From Ignicoccus pacificus DSM 13166 (GTDB lineage: Archaea > Thermoproteota > Thermoprotei_A > Sulfolobales > Ignicoccaceae): a stretch of 32,000 nucleotides of DNA. Each line of letters opens with the position of its first letter. Position 1 is the stretch's first letter. The stretch lies in assembly GCA_025340205.1 (NCBI GenBank), contig CP006868.1, positions 1,320,001 to 1,352,000 of the forward strand, read 5' to 3'. Both the position numbers and the translations under genes were made by a program. Shown piece by piece: positions 16,908 through 24,041 of this stretch. A model generated the notes under the pieces. That model saw nothing but the letters and a program-made list of their open reading frames with translations, was not told the origin of the DNA and did not search any database.

Positions 16908-17699
16908 ATGAAGAAGGTAACCATTAGGGATGTTATGAAAAAGTACAAGAAAGGGGAGCGAATAGTTATGGTCACCGCCTACGACTACTCATTTGCGAGG
17001 CTCGTGGACCAAGCTGGTGTGGACATGATATTAGTTGGGGACTCCCTAGGTATGGTAGTCTTAGGGTACCCCTCAACAAATCAAGTTACCATGGAGGACA
17101 TGGTTTCCCACGTGGCAGCGGTGGCTAGAGCTAACCCAAGAGCCATGATAGTTGGAGATATGCCCTTCGGAAGCTATGAAGCTTCGAACGAGGAGGCGGT
17201 TAGGAACGCCGTGGCCTTGATAAGGGCTGGGGCTGAGGCGGTTAAGCTTGAGGGTGGAAGGGAGATAGCGGAGAGGGTTAGGGCAATAGTTAACGCCGGA
17301 ATACCGGTAATGGGCCACCTAGGCCTGACCCCTCAGAAGAGGCACATCCTAGGAGGGTATCGATTAAGGGGCAAGACAGAAGAAGAGGTTCAAGAGATGA
17401 TTGAGGATGCCAAGGCCTTAGAGGAGGCGGGAGCCTTCTCCATAGTCCTCGAGTTCGTAAAGAGTGAAGCCGCTAAGAGGATAACCGAGAGCGTCAACAT
17501 ACCTACCATATGCATAGGAGCTGGGCCTCACTGCTCCGGTCAAGTGCTGGTAATCCACGACATCCTAGGCTTAGCGCCCTTCTCGCCACCCTTCGCGAAG
17601 AAGTACTTCGACTGCGCTAACGCAATAGTAAAGGCAGTGAAGGAGTTCGCTGAGGAGGTTAGGGAAGGAAAGTTCCCTGGCGAAGAACATAGCTTCTAA
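16908..17699 (+). CDS. panB: 3-methyl-2-oxobutanoate hydroxymethyltransferase (ketopantoate hydroxymethyltransferase)
   Basis: MVTAYDYSFARLVDQAGVDMILVGDSLGMVVLGY.ST..VTMEDM, VGDMPFGSY, AVKLEGG, GHLGLTPQ: canonical PanB blocks. An AAAGATATAG TATA-like box lies about 35 nt upstream. Confidence 0.92.
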   Translation: MKKVTIRDVMKKYKKGERIVMVTAYDYSFARLVDQAGVDMILVGDSLGMVVLGYPSTNQVTMEDMVSHVAAVARANPRAMIVGDMPFGSYEASNEEAVRNAVALIRAGAEAVKLEGGREIAERVRAIVNAGIPVMGHLGLTPQKRHILGGYRLRGKTEEEVQEMIEDAKALEEAGAFSIVLEFVKSEAAKRITESVNIPTICIGAGPHCSGQVLVIHDILGLAPFSPPFAKKYFDCANAIVKAVKEFAEEVREGKFPGEEHSF

Positions 17700-17766
17700 C
17701 ATGAGAGTGTGAGGAGAGATATAATGGACACAAATAGGAACAATTAGTTACAGAGAGTGAGAAGAG

Positions 17767-18198
17767 ATGCCATGCCCGTATCTGAAGAAGGGATTGCTTA
17801 GCGCCCGGTGTACGGTGACGGGCAAGGTAGTCAACTTGAAGAAGGCGCCGTGCTTGAAGGACTACCATCTCTGCCCGATATACCGCAAGACCGTGGAGGA
17901 GAAGAGGGAAGAAGCTAAGGCAGCCGCGAAGGTAGTGGAAGCGAGGTTGAGGAAGAAGGAGCCAGAGAGGGTCAAGGAGGAAGTCATACACGAGGTCGAC
18001 GAAGGGAACAAGCTACCAAAGGAGGAGGTGAAGGAGGAAAAGGTGGAGGAAGTGGCAGAGGCTCCGCCGGGAGTGGAGTGCGGCAAGTGCTTGTACTATT
18101 CCAGCCTTACTGGATTGTGTATAAAGATGATGAAGAAGGTAGAGGATCCGAAGAAGCCGCCGTGTGGAGGGAAGTACTTTAAACAATCATCTTCTTAA
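17767..18198 (+). CDS. Hypothetical Cys-rich protein with two 4-Cys clusters joined by a K/E-rich linker
   Basis: The N-terminal cluster has C3, C15, C29 and C36. The linker is EEKREEAKAAAKVVEARLRKKEPERVKEE.... The C-terminal cluster is CGKC..C..C. Its 3' end overlaps the convergent phosphoesterase gene by 20 nt. Confidence 0.5.
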   Translation: MPCPYLKKGLLSARCTVTGKVVNLKKAPCLKDYHLCPIYRKTVEEKREEAKAAAKVVEARLRKKEPERVKEEVIHEVDEGNKLPKEEVKEEKVEEVAEAPPGVECGKCLYYSSLTGLCIKMMKKVEDPKKPPCGGKYFKQSSS

Positions 18199-18712
18199 TT
18201 TCCATTCCTCCTCTTCTTAACGTGTACAACCTCAGCTCCCAGTTCGGTAAGTAGAGCTCCATGAACGTTGGGTCCCCTCCTAAGGAGCTTCCTCCCCAAG
18301 CGCCGGTAACCGAGCCTGGGTTCAAGTGGAGCACTCCCATCTCCTTGGCCACTAAGGGCTTGTGCAAGTGACCGTGAACTATTATTGATGCGTTGTACTC
18401 CTTCGCTATCTCGCTCAGAGCCTTCAAGTTTCCTCTAGGCCTCACTTGATGTCCGTGGAGGAGCAAGACCCTCTTCCCATCTAGCTCCACTATCTTCATG
18501 TCCGGCAGGGGCAAGTAGTCCATGTTTCCTCTGACCACGTGGACCTCCTTCCCCAAGCTGTCTAGCAAGCTCAGCACCTCTTCCCCGGTTAGGTCTCCAG
18601 CGTACAAAACTAGGTCGTAGGGCTTGTTCTCCCAGAGATGCTCTAGGATCTTCTTAGGTATCTCCTTCTCTCTGTCCGGCACGTGGGCGTCGGAGAGTAT
18701 TAGGACCTTCAC
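18179..18712 (-). CDS. YfcE/MJ0936-type metallophosphoesterase
   Basis: VLILSDAHVP, YAGDLTG, VRGNMD, LLHGHQ, IVHGHLH and NPGS: the full calcineurin-like motif set. I prefer the GTG at 18712, which overlaps the TGA of the upstream THUMP gene (GTGA) and follows GGAGGG. The ORF track extends to 18736. Confidence 0.88.
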   Translation of the reverse strand: MKVLILSDAHVPDREKEIPKKILEHLWENKPYDLVLYAGDLTGEEVLSLLDSLGKEVHVVRGNMDYLPLPDMKIVELDGKRVLLLHGHQVRPRGNLKALSEIAKEYNASIIVHGHLHKPLVAKEMGVLHLNPGSVTGAWGGSSLGGDPTFMELYLPNWELRLYTLRRGGMEIKKMIV

Positions 18713-19521
18713 CTTCCCTCCCCGCAGATCTCCCACTCCACCTCTCTATTTAGTAGGAGCTTCGCCTTTTCCAACGTCTTCTTGGGTACGCATGGCCTCG
18801 TGGGAATTATGGTCGGACACTCCGTCTTAGAGCTTGAAACTATTGGACAGAACCTCTCCTTGCTTATCCTCAGCGGCTTAGGTAAGGCCTCCACCAGGTT
18901 CCCGACGCCTTCCTCATATCTCGAGAGGACCACCTCGACCCCTCTCCTCGCCATTAAGGCTGCCATGAGCAAGAGCTCCTCTCCTTCTCCTAACACGTAA
19001 GCCCTTCCCTCCACTCCATAGGGAAGGCCTCCAACCCCTTCCAAAATGTCGTTCGAGGTGTACAAGTACACATCATTTCTTATTTCAACGTAAATGACGA
19101 GCTTGGGGGAGCTCAGGTTGGCCTCTCCCTCTATTTTGGATCCTATCAAGGCGGCGAGCTCGTTGCTCCTCATCGGATACCTCTTGTCGGCCCTCCTCAC
19201 CCTTACCGCGAACTGGTCCGCTTCTCTAATTATGAAAGAAATTGCCTGAGCCAGCTCCTCTGGAGGGAGCTTGGGGAGCCTCCAAGCGTAGGCTAGGTGG
19301 TGGACTCCCGGGACCCTCCTCAGGTTCTCCGGCGCCTTGCCGGTAATTACTATCCTTCCTTGCTCCATGAAAACCCTCGACCTAACGCCCCACCAAAAGA
19401 GCTTCTTCCTTATCTGCTCTTTTAAGAGGTTTTCCATTAGGGACCTCTTTCTCCCCTTGACCGCTATCTCGGAGTACGCTACCAGAGTGACGGCAGAGGG
19501 ACGCACTCTTGCTTCTTCCAT
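18709..19521 (-). CDS. THUMP domain protein, ThiI-like, with truncated and degenerate PP-loop region
   Basis: The N-terminus VAYSEIAVKGRKRSLMENLL is ThiI-like (NFLD plus THUMP). GRAYVLGEGEELLLMAALMARRGVEVVL then aligns with the ThiI block G+vlvLlSGGiDSpvAa.lm.kRG.ev, but SGGxDS is replaced by GEGEEL. The protein ends about 70 aa later with three Cys (CP...CP...C). Confidence 0.6.
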   Translation of the reverse strand: MEEARVRPSAVTLVAYSEIAVKGRKRSLMENLLKEQIRKKLFWWGVRSRVFMEQGRIVITGKAPENLRRVPGVHHLAYAWRLPKLPPEELAQAISFIIREADQFAVRVRRADKRYPMRSNELAALIGSKIEGEANLSSPKLVIYVEIRNDVYLYTSNDILEGVGGLPYGVEGRAYVLGEGEELLLMAALMARRGVEVVLSRYEEGVGNLVEALPKPLRISKERFCPIVSSSKTECPTIIPTRPCVPKKTLEKAKLLLNREVEWEICGEGR

Positions 19522-19871
19522 TTCTTCATAACCAATCTGCAGGTAGCGCAGAGCATGCTACTTAGCTCCTCCGGTTCGGCGCTGTCCTCAGCTATCTTCT
19601 TCGCTATCATCCTTATCATCCTCTCCAGCTCAGGGTCTTGGAGGAGCTCCATAACCTTTTGAGACTTCCCTCTCCTCTCCTTTAAGTAATTGGTGACGCT
19701 TGATGCTGTGGTACCTATCTTCTTAGCTATTGTATAGTTGCTCAGCTTGTAATGCTCTCTCAAGTAGTAAACCACGGCGGCCCTTATCACCGGTACGACC
19801 TCGGTCGCCGCTATCTCACAGTGTGCCCTCAACAACACCCCGCGCTTCACCCTCTTAGTCAGATACAACAT
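19479..19871 (-). CDS. Putative HTH (XRE-like) transcriptional regulator
   Basis: LSNYTIAKKIGTTASSVTNYLKERRGKS is a helix-turn-helix pattern, and a C-terminal CATC pair is present. It overlaps the downstream THUMP gene by 43 nt. Confidence 0.55.
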   Translation of the reverse strand: MLYLTKRVKRGVLLRAHCEIAATEVVPVIRAAVVYYLREHYKLSNYTIAKKIGTTASSVTNYLKERRGKSQKVMELLQDPELERMIRMIAKKIAEDSAEPEELSSMLCATCRLVMKKWKKQECVPLPSLW

Positions 19872-19918
19872 CTCTGTTCTTAACTAGACGCTTCGAGGCA
19901 CAAAGCGGTGAGGGTAAT

Positions 19919-20629
19919 ATGTCGTTTGGAGAAGAATGGACCCCCGAGGTAAGAGCCGGACTTAGAGAAGCGTTGGCCGACATGGTAAATCCTGTGGAGG
20001 TATTGATCTTCATAGGCGATGACTGTCCTTACTGCCAAGCCACCGTAGAGATGGTCCAAGTGATGAGTGAGGAGAGCCCCAAGAGGAATGGGAAGCCCTT
20101 GCTCACTTACAAGGTGTTCAGAAAGGGAGAGCACGACGACGTCTTTAGGGAGTACGGAGTGGACAGAGTTCCATCCGTGCTCCTCCTCGACGGCTACATA
20201 AGGTACACCGGAATTCCGGCTGGCGAAGAGATCAAGGGATTCGTGGAAACTATAATAAGGATCTCCGAGGGAGAGAGCGGTCTAGATCCGAGCACCAAGG
20301 AGAACATAACGAAGCTCAACGGATGCTTCTATTTGGAGAACGTGGTCACTCCCCAGTGCCCCTACTGTCCCTACGCCGCCCTCCTCATCAACATGTTCGC
20401 CTTCGAGGCCTACAAGCAGGGGAAGCCTTGCATAGTCGCTGATACGGTGGAGGCCTATGAAAACGAGGACATTGCAAACAAATACAACGTCATGAGCGTT
20501 CCGGCAATAGCTGTCAACGGGACTGTGGAGTTCGTGGGAGTGCCTTATGAGGAGGACTTGCTAGCAAAGCTCGTGGAGCACCAAGGCGAGAGGGAATGCA
20601 AGAGGGAGGTATGCTTTTCCAGACCTTAG
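19919..20629 (+). CDS. Protein disulfide oxidoreductase (PDO; two thioredoxin-fold units, two CPYC sites)
   Basis: The two sites are GDDCPYCQ and TPQCPYCPYA, each followed by a cis-Pro segment (VPSVLL / VPAIAVNG). This is the classic hyperthermophile PDO layout. Confidence 0.88.
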   Translation: MSFGEEWTPEVRAGLREALADMVNPVEVLIFIGDDCPYCQATVEMVQVMSEESPKRNGKPLLTYKVFRKGEHDDVFREYGVDRVPSVLLLDGYIRYTGIPAGEEIKGFVETIIRISEGESGLDPSTKENITKLNGCFYLENVVTPQCPYCPYAALLINMFAFEAYKQGKPCIVADTVEAYENEDIANKYNVMSVPAIAVNGTVEFVGVPYEEDLLAKLVEHQGERECKREVCFSRP

Positions 20630-21273
20630 CTTTAGTCGAGATCTCCGAGGAGTGCGACGGCTGTTCCAAATGCGTCGACCTTTGTCCCTTTGAGTCCCTT
20701 TCCTTGGAAAAGGGCAAGGCTAAGCAAGTGGGACCTTGTTTTCTATGCGGCGGATGTGAGGCCTTATGCCCTAAAGGAGCTATTGAGATTGTTCCCTTGA
20801 TTCAAGTAAGGGTAGCCAGCTCTTTAGGCGCCCTTCTGAATGAAAAGGCGGTGGGTCCCGTGGAGGACTGCGTCTTCTGCAAGATAATTAAGGGAGAGCT
20901 GCCGGCGAGGGTGGTATACGAGGACGAGGATATCATAGCCTTCTTGGACATAAACCCCGCCGCTCCAGGCCACACTCTGGTAGTTCCCAAGAAGCACTAC
21001 AAGAACATACTGGACGCCCCTGACGAGGTCGTGAGCAAGGTATTCTTGGTTGCCAAGAAAATAGGGAAGGCTGCAATTGAAGCTTTGGATGCAAAGGGAG
21101 TTAACGTGATAACCAATGCTGAGCCCGTCGCCGGTCAAATAGTGATGCACTTCCACGTCCACGTAATTCCCAGGTTCAAGGAAGATGAGCTGAAGTTCGT
21201 CTACGGCTACAAGTACAAGGAAGGGGAGGCTGACGAGGTGGCTAGGAAGCTCAAGGAGAAGCTTTCCTCCTAA
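20611..21273 (+). CDS. 2x[4Fe-4S] ferredoxin domain fused to a HIT-family (histidine triad) hydrolase
   Basis: The two cluster motifs are CDGCSKCVDLCP and CFLCGGCEALCP. The HIT domain follows: CVFCKII.GE.PA.VVYEDEDIIAFLDINP...GHTLVVPK ... HFHVHVIPR. I prefer the ATG at 20611 because GGAGGT lies immediately upstream. The ORF track uses the ATG at 20596. Either start overlaps the end of PDO. Confidence 0.85.
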   Translation: MLFQTLALVEISEECDGCSKCVDLCPFESLSLEKGKAKQVGPCFLCGGCEALCPKGAIEIVPLIQVRVASSLGALLNEKAVGPVEDCVFCKIIKGELPARVVYEDEDIIAFLDINPAAPGHTLVVPKKHYKNILDAPDEVVSKVFLVAKKIGKAAIEALDAKGVNVITNAEPVAGQIVMHFHVHVIPRFKEDELKFVYGYKYKEGEADEVARKLKEKLSS

Positions 21274-21887
21274 AGCTTTTTGATGTTTATGTACCTCAAC
21301 TCCTTAATAGGTATACCAGTCCACTCTTCGCGAGCCTTTCCCTCCAAGTTAACCAATATCCTCTTCCTCGCCTTGTAGGACCTCGCCTTAACTTTCCCCC
21401 TCTTGACCTCTATCACCACGTCTGGAAACCAGAAGAGGCCCTCGGCCTTCCACAGCCTCCCCTTCCTCGAGAGCCTCCACGCAGGTAAACTGAAGCTTAA
21501 GGTCTTTCCGTCGAAGCTTATTGAAGTATCGAAGGATATCATTATATCGGGCACGCCTCCCATGGGGTGATATCCTTGAAACCACAAGAGGAACGACCTT
21601 TCTCCCTCTACGTAATAAGGCATTAGGGCGTTGCTCAACTTCTCGAGACTCCCTTCCAAACCCTTACTCCTCCATGAAGGTATTACCATCCCCTCTTCCT
21701 CGCTTATTCCGTTTTCTTCCAACTTCAGCGTCTTTACCTTCCTTACCCTCATCCCCTTCAATAGTTCCATTAAAGCTCTCAGCTCCAAGATCCTCGGTCC
21801 CTCGAAGCTCCCTAGAACGAGTACGTCCAGCTTCTCTAGCAAGTCCTCGTACTCCCTCTCCAACTCCTCCGGAAGACCTAGGAGCAT
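21270..21887 (-). CDS. Hypothetical protein (205 aa)
   Basis: E/L/K-rich with native-like codon usage. It contains GGVPDIMISFD and FPDVVIEVKRGK, only weakly reminiscent of PD...ExK nuclease motifs and unverified. Its 4-nt overlap with the HIT gene stop is convergent. Confidence 0.6.
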   Translation of the reverse strand: MLLGLPEELEREYEDLLEKLDVLVLGSFEGPRILELRALMELLKGMRVRKVKTLKLEENGISEEEGMVIPSWRSKGLEGSLEKLSNALMPYYVEGERSFLLWFQGYHPMGGVPDIMISFDTSISFDGKTLSFSLPAWRLSRKGRLWKAEGLFWFPDVVIEVKRGKVKARSYKARKRILVNLEGKAREEWTGIPIKELRYINIKKL

Positions 21888-21888
21888 G

Positions 21889-22143
21889 GACCTCCTCCCC
21901 TATCGCCCTCTTGAGGAGCTCTATCCTGGAGTACAGTATGAGGGCCCTCATTTTTAAGCTGAAGGCTATCCAGCCCATAAAGGCCAGTATCATACCGGAC
22001 CAAAAGGCCAAGGCGGAAAACGTTGAGGCAAGGGGGGATAAGGCCATTAATATAAGCCCCGTCATAAAGAATGTCAGCTCCAGCCTTACCTCTCTCAGCA
22101 CCTCCCTACGCAAGGCCCTCCATCTCCACTTTTTGTGTCGCAA
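21889..22143 (-). CDS. Two-TM membrane segment ORF directly upstream of 21270-21887 in another frame (possible frameshifted N-terminus or separate small gene)
   Basis: This is part of track ORF 21664-22395. Starting at the TTG at 22143 (AGGAG 11 nt upstream) it reads RHKKWRWRALRREVLREVRLELTFFMTGLILMALSPLASTFSALAFWSGMILAFMGWIAFSLKMRALILYSRIELLKRAIGEEV. Beyond 21887 this frame turns into G/R/E-rich nonsense that overlaps the 205-aa ORF. Confidence 0.4.
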
Positions 22144-22195
22144 ATCGCTGATTCTCCTTAATAGTTTCCTCGATCCTAAAATCTCTGGAATCGGA

Positions 22196-22486
22196 ATGAT
22201 GGCGCGGGTGGTGGTGGCCGACGGGAAGAAGAGGATACTGGGACCGGAGAACTTGAAGAAATACATGGAGATGCTCGTAAGGGCTAGTGGCCTCGAGGCC
22301 GTCAGGATACTGGAGAAGCTCGGCTGCAGGATACTGAGCGTTGACATAAGAGAGAACGGTCTGGACGTGAAGCTCGAATGTGGTCCCTCCACCAAAGCTG
22401 TTTTAGTTAACTGTGAGGATTCAATTTGTTATATGATGGAAGCAGATCTCCTGTTTGCTGCTTCAAAAGGGGCGGAGATACGCTAG
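22196..22486 (+). CDS. Small hypothetical protein (96 aa) immediately upstream of cdvA
   Basis: This is the ATG-initiated tail of track ORF 21521-22486: MMARVVVADGKKRILGPENLKKYMEMLVRASGLEAVRILEKLGCRILSVDIRENGLDVKLECG.... Codon usage matches neighbouring genes, and the opposite-strand frame is S/L/P/T-rich, typical of a shadow ORF. Confidence 0.45.
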   Translation: MMARVVVADGKKRILGPENLKKYMEMLVRASGLEAVRILEKLGCRILSVDIRENGLDVKLECGPSTKAVLVNCEDSICYMMEADLLFAASKGAEIR

Positions 22487-22506
22487 TATCACCAACGGGG
22501 ACTCGG

Positions 22507-23193
22507 ATGGAAGTGAGTTTCGTGGAGCAATACGTTGGTGAGCCGGTTAAGGATCCTTTCGGTAGGGTTGTTGGAACTCTCGTGAGCGTTTACTCCAACG
22601 TGGACGGAGAGGTCGAGGCTGTGGAAATAGCCCTCGGCGGAAACAGGTTCCAGAAGATCGGAGCTGAGAGGTTGGGTAAGAAGGGAGAGGAGCTGGTGAT
22701 ACTCCCCGAGTGGATGGCTGAGGCCAAGAGCATATACAAGAAGATGGACACCGCTCTGAGGAGGATCAAGGCCCTAGAGACAATGATGAGTACTGGTGAC
22801 TTCAACAAGGAGATTGTAAACGAGATGAAGAAGAAGATGGAGCAGCAGGCTAACAAGCTAAGGGGCAAGCTGGGAGAGGTCAAGAGGTTACTCAAGGACA
22901 GGGTAGCCGAGCTAGAGGATCAGATACTGGAGATGGACAGAGCGCTAATCAACCTACAGATGAGCTACATGGCCGGAGAGATCAGCGACAGAAGGTATCA
23001 GCAGGCCGCCAGTGCGATAAGGCACCAGAAGGAGATAGCCTACGAGGAGAAGAAGGCTGTGAAGGAGTGGATAGAGAAGCTCGAGAGATTAGAAAAGCCC
23101 GTGGAGGAGCAAGAGAGCGCTACTCCGGCTCAGAGCAGCGCCAGCACTCCTCAGCAGACCCACGTGCCTCTGATGCTGGAGCTGAGCGACTAA
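22507..23193 (+). CDS. cdvA: Cell division protein CdvA (PRC-barrel plus coiled coil)
   Basis: MEVSFVEQYVGEPVKDPFGRVVGTLVSVYSNVDGEVEAVEIAL is PRC-barrel-like. A long coiled coil and an acidic/polar tail follow. It lies first in a cdvA-cdvB-cdvC gene order. I chose the ATG at 22507; the track ORF begins upstream at 22426. Confidence 0.85.
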   Translation: MEVSFVEQYVGEPVKDPFGRVVGTLVSVYSNVDGEVEAVEIALGGNRFQKIGAERLGKKGEELVILPEWMAEAKSIYKKMDTALRRIKALETMMSTGDFNKEIVNEMKKKMEQQANKLRGKLGEVKRLLKDRVAELEDQILEMDRALINLQMSYMAGEISDRRYQQAASAIRHQKEIAYEEKKAVKEWIEKLERLEKPVEEQESATPAQSSASTPQQTHVPLMLELSD

Positions 23194-23246
23194 GCTCTTT
23201 CTTCTATAGAGATTAGGTCCTAACGATTGAGGAGGTGTGAAAAACA

Positions 23247-24041
23247 ATGGTATTTTGGCTATTCTTTAGAAAAAAGAACAAGAAGGTCAAGAAGTCCTTA
23301 AAGGACGCTTACCTTGACAACATATTCGAGATAAGGGAGCAATTAGAGGCTCTAGAAGTTCAGATACAGAGGCTCGAGAAGAGGAAGAAGGAGCTGGAGA
23401 AGGATTACATAAAGTCGGTAAGGAAGGGAGAGAAGGAAAAGGCCGCTATGATAGAGCAAGAGATAAAGAGCTTAACTACCAAAATAAGGTCCCTAAAACA
23501 CACTAGGAACGTCTTGGAGGTCGAGCTGAAGAAGCTCGAGCACACCGACGACTACATGGTAGCCGTAACGTCTATGAACAGGATAGCTGAGGCGTTAAAG
23601 AACAACGTGGACATAATGGACAGGGCGTTAAAGCCTCACGCCCTCAAGGTGATAAACAACCTGGAGAACACGATGATAAGGATGAAGAGTGCGGACCTAC
23701 CCACTCCCTCCGCGACCGCTGTGATAAACACCATATTGGAGAAGCCGACCAGCGATTACGCCTTACCGAGCGTGGAGAGCTTGGAGCTCTCCCAGCCCGC
23801 TCCTCAGTCCATTGCTATGGCTGATGGCGGAATTGTTAAATACAAGACCGAGGACCTGGCGGAGAAGGTCTACCAAGTCATTCAGATCTACGTGAAGTTC
23901 GGAAGGGCTAACCAGCTTTCGGTCAAGAGGATAGCGCAACACCTCGGTGTTACTGAGGCCGAGGTAAGGAAGGCCCTGGAGGTGCTAGAGAAACAAGGGA
24001 AGATCAAGATAAGGAGGGGTAAGAGGGTTGGGGAAGCTTGA
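23247..24041 (+). CDS. cdvB: ESCRT-III-like protein CdvB (Snf7 core plus C-terminal winged helix)
   Basis: It has a basic N-terminus, a long heptad coiled coil (Snf7-like), and a C-terminal wH segment VKRIAQHLGVTEAEVRKALEVLEKQGKIKIRRGKRV. It sits between cdvA and the Vps4 homolog. Confidence 0.85.
   Translation: MVFWLFFRKKNKKVKKSLKDAYLDNIFEIREQLEALEVQIQRLEKRKKELEKDYIKSVRKGEKEKAAMIEQEIKSLTTKIRSLKHTRNVLEVELKKLEHTDDYMVAVTSMNRIAEALKNNVDIMDRALKPHALKVINNLENTMIRMKSADLPTPSATAVINTILEKPTSDYALPSVESLELSQPAPQSIAMADGGIVKYKTEDLAEKVYQVIQIYVKFGRANQLSVKRIAQHLGVTEAEVRKALEVLEKQGKIKIRRGKRVGEA

Noticed and set aside
21390-21560. A PD-(D/E)xK nuclease assignment for the 205-aa ORF, based on GGVPDIMISFD and FPDVVIEVKRGK.
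   Set aside because: The spacing between the putative PD and ExK elements (about 45 aa, or alternatively only 4 aa) does not fit the canonical fold. Without profile or structure evidence it remains a speculation, so the gene is listed as hypothetical.
21521-22486. A long + strand ORF (321 aa) and the overlapping - strand ORF 21664-22395 (243 aa).
   Set aside because: Most of each translation is S/L/P/T/R-rich, typical of shadow frames opposite real genes. I kept only the 3' tail of the + ORF (22196-22486) and the 22143-21889 part of the - ORF, which look protein-like.
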